Shown piece by piece: positions 57,430-64,000 of a DNA stretch of 64,000 nt. A program made the position numbers and the translations under genes. Origin of the DNA: Blastocladiella emersonii ATCC 22665 (taxonomy: Eukaryota; Fungi; Blastocladiomycota). Every line of letters starts with the position of its first letter. The first letter of the stretch is position 1. Where the stretch lies: assembly GCA_025594325.1 (NCBI GenBank), contig JANHCV010000013.1:558001-622000 (forward strand), given 5' to 3'. The notes beneath the pieces were generated by a model. It saw nothing but the letters and a program-made list of their open reading frames with translations. It did no database searches and was not told the DNA's origin.

Positions 57430-59229
57430 CTACCACTCGTACACCTCAGTCTGCAACCACCACGCGCGCTCGAGCTTCCTCACTGCGTTGACCAGCGACT
57501 CAGGCCCAACGACCAACCCCATGGTCGGCGGGTACGCGACCGGCACGACCGCCTCCAACTCGGGCCGCCCGCTCACCTCCGTGACATACACGTTGACCTT
57601 GAGCTCGGGCAACCACGCCTCGATCGCGCGCCAGTCCACGACGCTCGTATCCTGCACCCTTCTTGTCACCCAGACCACCTGCACGACGTCCGGGAACAGC
57701 GGCCCGCCGGCCTCGTCCCCATCCCGATCCAGCGTCGACGACGTCGTGGAATGCCGCGGGGTCGCGCGCCGGACGGCCGCCAGGTACTCGATCCACGCGA
57801 GGACGGCGGTGATCCCGACGCCGCCCGCGACGAAGACGAGCTGGCGGAAGTCGAGGACGAAGTGGACCGACGGCGCGAACGGGACGAAGGCGAGCAGCGA
57901 CGAGTCGGGCGTGAGCGCGGAGGTGAACTTGCCGACGCGTTTCGCGTTGATCACGGCGCGCGGCGCGAGGTCCAGCGGCGCCGCCGGCGGGACGGGCGCG
58001 CCCGTGGTGGAGTCGATACTCGACGCCGTCGAGCCCGTATACCGATGCACCGCCGCGCGACGCGCGCGAGACGACGCGCCGGACGTCGTCCGCTCGAGCG
58101 ACCGCCGCTCGCGCATGCGCTGCTGGGCGGGCGGCGGGACGAGGCGCGGTGAGAACGGGTGGAACGTCGATGCCGGGCGGGCGGCGAGGTAGACGAGGTG
58201 GTTGGGCTGGAGTTTGGCGAGGAATGGCGCCGCGGTGATCTCGATGCGGACGAGGTCGGGCGGGATTTGCGGGATCGAGTCGGAGCTCGCGCCGCGGGCG
58301 AGCGGTTTGGACAGGTCGGCGAGCTCCATGGCGGACGCGGTCGCGGTGGAGGTTTCGAGCGACGCGGTGTCGGCGGCGGTGTTGGCGCCCGACGAGAGCG
58401 AGCGCGCGAGCGGATGTGGCGGTTTAGCAACCGGGTCGACGGGCGACGCGAGGACCGTGACGGTGGCGGGCATGACGAGCTGCCACGCGATGACGAACTT
58501 GTTGGCGAGGAAGACGACGACCATGGGGAGCACAAACACGATCGCGTCGCGCTGGTGCATGACGATGAACGCCGACACCACGAGGAACAAGAAATTGTGC
58601 GACACGGCAAACGTCGCGTAGCTCCACCGGCGGACGACGCGCACCGACAGGACGGCGACGAGGGCGAGCGCGATCCAGGCGACGAGGCCGAACTGGGCCA
58701 TGGGCCGCTCGAGCTGTTCCGCGACAAAATCCGCCGAAATCCAGTTGTTGAGGTGGACCGCCATGTGCGTGGCGACGAGGACGACGCCCGCGCGCGCGAG
58801 GAACTTGTGCCAGAGCAGCAGGCGCGCGCGGTCGACGACGAGCGCGAAGGGGGAGAAGTGGACCCCAAAAACGGTGGCGGCGAGGAACTGGCCGAGGCCG
58901 ACCCACGCGAACCGGTTGACGGTCGAGTCCGAGATGTAGCTGTCGGAGAGCGTCAGGACGAGCGTGGCCGGGAGGTAGACGAGGAGGGCGACGGCGGCGT
59001 CCACGGCCCACGGGTGGTTGCTCGCTAGGCGGATAAAGTGGATGGGACCCGCGGTGGGCGTGAAGCAGGTGGGCGCGATGCGGGTGACGGCGAGGCGCGC
59101 GAGGCCCGCGGCGACGGCGAGGGCGAGGGCGACGCCGATGGCGATGGCGGCGGCCTCGACGTTGCCGACGGGCACCAGCGCAAAGTTTTGCACCGCAAAG
59201 GGCGACGACGGGTCGACGGGGCCGTGCAT
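57430..59229 (-). CDS. Ferric/cupric reductase-like transmembrane flavoprotein (FRE family), 599 aa
   Basis: TM region with heme-type His (WHKFLAR...THM; VSHNFL...VMHQ), FAD-binding FHPFS, NAD-binding FVAGGVGIT and C-terminal VGPESL. Confidence 0.9.
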   Translation of the reverse strand: MHGPVDPSSPFAVQNFALVPVGNVEAAAIAIGVALALAVAAGLARLAVTRIAPTCFTPTAGPIHFIRLASNHPWAVDAAVALLVYLPATLVLTLSDSYISDSTVNRFAWVGLGQFLAATVFGVHFSPFALVVDRARLLLWHKFLARAGVVLVATHMAVHLNNWISADFVAEQLERPMAQFGLVAWIALALVAVLSVRVVRRWSYATFAVSHNFLFLVVSAFIVMHQRDAIVFVLPMVVVFLANKFVIAWQLVMPATVTVLASPVDPVAKPPHPLARSLSSGANTAADTASLETSTATASAMELADLSKPLARGASSDSIPQIPPDLVRIEITAAPFLAKLQPNHLVYLAARPASTFHPFSPRLVPPPAQQRMRERRSLERTTSGASSRARRAAVHRYTGSTASSIDSTTGAPVPPAAPLDLAPRAVINAKRVGKFTSALTPDSSLLAFVPFAPSVHFVLDFRQLVFVAGGVGITAVLAWIEYLAAVRRATPRHSTTSSTLDRDGDEAGGPLFPDVVQVVWVTRRVQDTSVVDWRAIEAWLPELKVNVYVTEVSGRPELEAVVPVAYPPTMGLVVGPESLVNAVRKLERAWWLQTEVYEW

Positions 59230-59636
59230 GGTGTCTAGCTAGCTAAGTGCGCTGCATGGAGAGTGTGGTCCCTGTTATGCGGGGGAGAGGGAGAGCGGGG
59301 GCGGGCGCCTCCTTTTCAAAGTGGGAAGCAAAACCAATCGGCGCCACTCGGGAACGGCGTGGGTACCCCCGGGGCGGGTGGCGCCACGCGTGATTGTTCG
59401 GAAACCCGGGGACCCCCGCCCGCCGCCCGTGCGCTCCTTGCGGAGTCTTGACGGAGTCTCATCCCCGCTCTCGCCCTCGACCAGCTAACGGAATCACACC
59501 CACTGCAATGTAACGCCTGCTGCCTTGCGCCTTATGCCGTCCCTGCCGGGTGCCGCCGCCAACTCACGCCCACGCCCTTCCTCCCTTCCCCTCCCCTCTT
59601 TCCCTCGATCCGCCCGCCGTGTATCTGTTCCCGAAC

Positions 59637-61003
59637 ATGTCGCCCACGCCAATCGACCCTGTGACGCCGCGGTCCGCCACCGCCAGCCTGACCGGCTGCG
59701 ACGCGCCGCGCAAGCTGCCCGGTACTTTCCCTCGAAATGCCCAAGACCCCGCGCATCCCGTCGTACCTGCCCGCGCGCCACCCGCCGCCGCCGCCTCCAC
59801 CGTCAGCTGCTTCGGGTGCTGACTCCCCCGACGCCTACTGCCCGCCGCTTCCAGCTACCGACGCGTCGCAGGATGAGGTACGTCCGCTGCCGCGGTGACA
59901 GTCGAGCTGTGCGCTGACCCGCGTCTCCCCAAAACCAGATCCTCCTCGCGCCGTACCAGTACCTGCTGAGCAAGCCGGGCAAGGGCGTGCGGTCGCGCAT
60001 CTTCGCCGCCTTCAACCACTGGCTGCACGTGCCGCCCGAGAAGCTCGAGATCATCAGCAACGTCGTCGAGATGCTGCACGGCGGCAGCTTGCTGTACTAC
60101 CATCACTCTCCCGCCCACTCCGCCCACCACATCTAACCATTTTGGGGGATTGTAGCATCGACGACATCGAGGACGGCTCGTCGCTGCGCCGCGGGCGGCC
60201 CGTCGCGCACCGCGTGTTCGGCGTCGCGTCCACCATCAACTGCGCCAACTACGTCTACTTTCTCGCCCTGCGCCAGGTCCAGAAGCTCAAGCACGACTCG
60301 GGCGAGCCCGGCCGCGCCGTCGAGCTCTTCACGGGTACGCTTCGTGCTTCGTGCTTCGCGCTTCGCGCTTCGCACGCCGTCGCGGCGCACGCTAACAACC
60401 CTGCGCGCCGCAACAGAGGAACTCGTCAACGCGCACGAGGGCCAGGGCATCGAGATCTTCTGGCGCGAGAACGCCATCTGCCCGACCGAGCAAGAGTACC
60501 TGACCATGGTCGGCAACAAGACGTCCGCGCTGCTCCGCCTCGGCGTCGGGCTCATGGTCGAGTACCGCGGCAACCCCTCCCCCTCTTCCCCCACCTCTAC
60601 CGACCCCGCCGCCTTCTCGACCCTCGCCACCTCGCTCGGCAACCTGTTCCAGATCCGCGACGACTACATCAACCTGGTGTCCGCCGACTTTGCCGTCACC
60701 AAGGGGTACTGCGAGGACATCGAGGAGGGCAAGTTCTCGTACCCGATGATCCACGCGATCCGCGCCACCCCGCACGACCGCAAGCTGCTCAACATCCTGA
60801 AGCAGCGGCCGACGGACCGCGCGCTCAAGGAGTACGCGCTCGAGCTCCTGCGCGAGACCGGGTCGCTCGAGTTCACGCGGCGCGCGTTGTGCGAGATGGA
60901 CAGCGAGGTGAGCGGGCAGGTCAAGCGGCTCGGCGGGAATCCAATGATCGAGGCGATTCTGGGCTTTTTGCGCAAGGAGTACGCGGACGCGACAAAGGAG
61001 TAG
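59637..61003 (+). CDS. BTS1: Geranylgeranyl diphosphate synthase (type III, BTS1/GGPS1-like), 3-4 introns
   Basis: [28 protein letters not shown]|[13 protein letters not shown] (FARM), [25 protein letters not shown] (SARM) and [11 protein letters not shown]. The 5' exon structure is least certain. Confidence 0.93.
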
Positions 61004-61038
61004 CTACTACGAATGAATGAATATATCTCTCGTGACAA

Positions 61039-64000
61039 TCAACGCTTGAGCGTGCGCTGCTTCTCGCCATCCTCGACAATCTTCTCATCCACCATCATCC
61101 CCTTGCGCTTCCGCACGCCATCGACATACCGCTTGGCCACATTCTCGCGATCCGCGACGGCCCCCAGATCCTCGAGCTCGACCTCGGTCGCGGGCACCCA
61201 GAACGGGTCGACGTCCAGCACGTCCCAGCCCGCAAACACGAGCTGCGGCGACGCCCCGCCGCTCGTCCGCTTACGCGCCTCCTCGGCGAACCCAAACGAC
61301 TCGACGACGGGGACGCGCGCCTGGACGAGGAAGTACGGCGTCCCCTCGCGCATTTCTTCCGCGAGAATCCGCCCGCGGCGCCGCGCGACCAAGCCGTACA
61401 CGGTGCCGAGCGAGTCGTCGAGACACTGGATCGTGCACGCGTACGTCGCGAGGAGCAGGCGCGGGGACCGCGCGAGGAACGCGAGCCGGCACGCGTCGCG
61501 GACCGTCGTGAGCAGCTGGCCGAGCGTCGCGGCCGGGTCGGCGGGCGGCCACTCGGGGGAAATCGACTCGACGATGAGCGCGACGCCGTGCATCGGCTCG
61601 CCGCACAACGGGCCCGCGGCGGCCGCGAGCTGGAACCCCGTGACGACGGGGTTATCGAACTCGGCGAGGTCGCCGGGCGCGACCCACGTCGGGCGGGAAG
61701 CGTACGACGGGATCGCGTTGATGAGCAGGTTGGGCCCGCACCGTTTCGGCCCGAGCGACCAGACCGTGCGCGCGTCGAACCCGCGCCACGCCGCGGCGTA
61801 GTCGTCGGCGTCGTTCTCGCGCGCGGCCGTGTCGAAAGCGGCCTGGATCTTGGCGATGACGGCGTCGCGCGCCGCGGTCCCCGAATCGGCGTCGAGCGCG
61901 CCGCGAATCTCGTCCTCCATCTCGACGAGCGCAGCGGTGACGCGCGCGGGGAGCGGGACCGCGCGGACGCGCACGGTGCACTGCTTTTTGGCCGTGGCCA
62001 CCTCGGCCGTGCCCGGCGGCAATTCCCCCGAAACAAACTGCGCCTGCGGGGGCGCGAGCGTGACGGTCTCGCGGAACGGGACGATCGGCGGGGACACGGA
62101 GATCGCGCAGCGCGCGAACCGCTCGCGCAGGTCGACGAGACACCGCTCGAGGTGGAGCTCGCCGGACGTCGAGATGACGTGCTCGCCCGTATTCTGGAGC
62201 ACGACCTCGACCGCGGGGTCCGACTGGTTGAGCAGCTTGAGCCCGTCGACGAGTTTGGGGAGGTCCGCCGGGTTGCGCGGCTCGACGGCGACGCGGACGA
62301 TCGGCGCCGCGTGCGACTCGAGCGCCGCGAGGGACGGGCAGGCGAGGGTGGAGGATAAGGTAGCGGATTTCAGGACCGCGCGCTCGAGGTCGGCGCCGCC
62401 GATCCCGAACAGGTTCCCCGCGCCGACCTCGCCGAGCTCCTCGACGTCGCGGCCCATCAGGATGTACAGCGCGTCGACGGCGATCCGCGTCACGTGCGGC
62501 TGGTCGAGGCCGAGCGACGGGTCGTATTTCGGGCCGAGCACGTACAGCGTGTCGCCGCGGCGGAGGCGGCCAGAGTACAGCCGCGCCATGCCGATCATCA
62601 CCTCGCCCGATGGCGGCGCCGACTCGGGTTCGGAGGCGGCAGCAGCGGCGTCGGACGCGTCGGCGAGCTGCTCGGGCGTCACGGCGCGGTGATCACCCTC
62701 CGAAGCACCGTCGAGCGACGCGGCCGCGAGCCGTTTCGCGAGGATCGCGGCGCGGCGCGCGCGGAGCTCGTCGGCGGACAGCGACTTGGGGCGGTACCGC
62801 GGGAGCGAGGCGGCGGGGACCGAAACGAGTTTGCTCAAGAACGCGACGACGGGGGCGTCGTCGTCGGCGGCGCACGCGAACACGGCGTTGCGCAGCGACT
62901 CGTCGGCCTCGGCCAACATCGGCAGGGCTTTCGGGAGACGCACGGGCTGGCTGTCGCGCGGCGAGGGGATCTGGTGGATGACGGTGACGAGGAGGGTAGC
63001 GGAGAGCGGGAGCCACTGGTTGAGGAGCGACGCGGCGATGGAGACGGGGGAGGCGGATTTCTTGAGCTCGCGCGGGTTGAGTTTGAGCTTGAGCGCGGCC
63101 GCGATCTTCTCGAGCTGTGCGAGGTCCGGGTCGGGCGAGGGCGAGGTGACGGCGAGCCCGCACGCCTCGTAGATGCGCCACACGTTGTCGAGCATGAACT
63201 GCACGGCGAGCGGTTTCAGGTCGCGGCCCTTGAGCTGCGACGGCTGCAGGATGCGTTTGGTCTTGGGTTCCAGGTAGTACTCGCCCCACATGAAGCGCAG
63301 CAGGGTGGCCTCGTTGAGCTTGAGCTTGGCCGCGTACAGCTTGGCAAAGTACTGGATGCGGAACGCCCACCCGTGGATCGCCGACGCGAAGACGACGTTG
63401 CCGGCCTGCGGCGAGAAGTAGAGGTGCTCGTCGTCGTCGTCCTCCTCCTCGGCTTCTTCTTGCGGGATATCGGGCGAGTCGTCGGTGGTGGCGCGGCGCT
63501 CGTGGGCACGCGTGTCGCGCTCGGCGAGCTCGGACTGGTAAAACGAGCCGATGACGGCGTTGGCGTTCTGGATGATCTTGGCCATGTGGTTGTAGGCCTC
63601 GGTCGGGGTCATCTTGAGCTCGGCGACGAGGCGGTCGACCTTGTTGATGACGAGCACGGGCTTGATGCGCTCGGCCCACGCCTGGTGCAGCACCGTGTGG
63701 GTCTGGGTGCACACGCCCTCGACGGCGTCGACGAGGACCAGGGCGCCGTCGCACAGCCGCGACGCCGTCGACACCTCGGAGGTGAAATCGACGTGGCCGG
63801 GGCAGTCGATCAGGTTGACGAGGTACTCGGTTGGGGGAGCGTCGGCGGCGGACCGCACCGCGAAGTGCAGCGCGATGGCCGACGACTTCATGGTGATGCC
63901 GCGGGCCTGCTCGTCGGGGCGCGAGTCGAGGTAGCGGATCTGGCCCGACTGCTTGGTCGAGATGATGCCATTCGTCGCCAGCAGGCTGTCGGACAGCGTG
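61039..64000 (-). CDS. RIA1: Elongation factor-like GTPase EFL1/RIA1, 5' end off-window
   Basis: DSLLATNGIIS, RYLDSRPDEQARGITMKSSAI, NLIDCPGHVDFTSEVSTASRLCDG, INKVDRL, GELHLERCLVDL and TSGGASPQL. Confidence 0.95.
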   Translation of the reverse strand, partial: TLSDSLLATNGIISTKQSGQIRYLDSRPDEQARGITMKSSAIALHFAVRSAADAPPTEYLVNLIDCPGHVDFTSEVSTASRLCDGALVLVDAVEGVCTQTHTVLHQAWAERIKPVLVINKVDRLVAELKMTPTEAYNHMAKIIQNANAVIGSFYQSELAERDTRAHERRATTDDSPDIPQEEAEEEDDDDEHLYFSPQAGNVVFASAIHGWAFRIQYFAKLYAAKLKLNEATLLRFMWGEYYLEPKTKRILQPSQLKGRDLKPLAVQFMLDNVWRIYEACGLAVTSPSPDPDLAQLEKIAAALKLKLNPRELKKSASPVSIAASLLNQWLPLSATLLVTVIHQIPSPRDSQPVRLPKALPMLAEADESLRNAVFACAADDDAPVVAFLSKLVSVPAASLPRYRPKSLSADELRARRAAILAKRLAAASLDGASEGDHRAVTPEQLADASDAAAAASEPESAPPSGEVMIGMARLYSGRLRRGDTLYVLGPKYDPSLGLDQPHVTRIAVDALYILMGRDVEELGEVGAGNLFGIGGADLERAVLKSATLSSTLACPSLAALESHAAPIVRVAVEPRNPADLPKLVDGLKLLNQSDPAVEVVLQNTGEHVISTSGELHLERCLVDLRERFARCAISVSPPIVPFRETVTLAPPQAQFVSGELPPGTAEVATAKKQCTVRVRAVPLPARVTAALVEMEDEIRGALDADSGTAARDAVIAKIQAAFDTAARENDADDYAAAWRGFDARTVWSLGPKRCGPNLLINAIPSYASRPTWVAPGDLAEFDNPVVTGFQLAAAAGPLCGEPMHGVALIVESISPEWPPADPAATLGQLLTTVRDACRLAFLARSPRLLLATYACTIQCLDDSLGTVYGLVARRRGRILAEEMREGTPYFLVQARVPVVESFGFAEEARKRTSGGASPQLVFAGWDVLDVDPFWVPATEVELEDLGAVADRENVAKRYVDGVRKRKGMMVDEKIVEDGEKQRTLKR

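Noticed and set aside
1-64000. tRNA or rRNA genes
   Set aside because: None recognised by eye; tRNAscan-SE or Infernal would be needed to exclude them.

Overview
GC-rich eukaryotic DNA with short GT-AG spliceosomal introns (about 58-84 nt). It is probably an early-diverging fungus; a Blastocladiomycota-like organism is an inference only, and no database search was possible. The window is dominated by a locally expanded gene family encoding ~730-760 aa proteins with an N-terminal F-box-like motif, one conserved phase-1 intron and a Cys-rich C-terminal domain. There are nine copies or fragments, all on the minus strand, and only two are clearly intact. They are interleaved with two tandem LRR genes, a degenerate DUF4470(+MYND-like) gene and several mobile elements: a Ty3/Gypsy remnant with 3' LTR, a PIF1/Helitron-type helicase remnant, a ~1 kb Helitron-like insert splitting a 26-bp minisatellite, an internally deleted Tc1/IS630 element with 256-bp TIRs, and an unclassified 3.75 kb TIR element with a 2-bp TSD and GGATCC subterminal repeats that splits a host gene. 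Ordinary-looking genes are a CBM18-CE4 chitin deacetylase, pICln, a P-loop GTPase, an MFS transporter, an F-box/ankyrin-like protein, a ferric reductase, GGPP synthase and EFL1/RIA1 (partial). Many lesions are C-to-T type.
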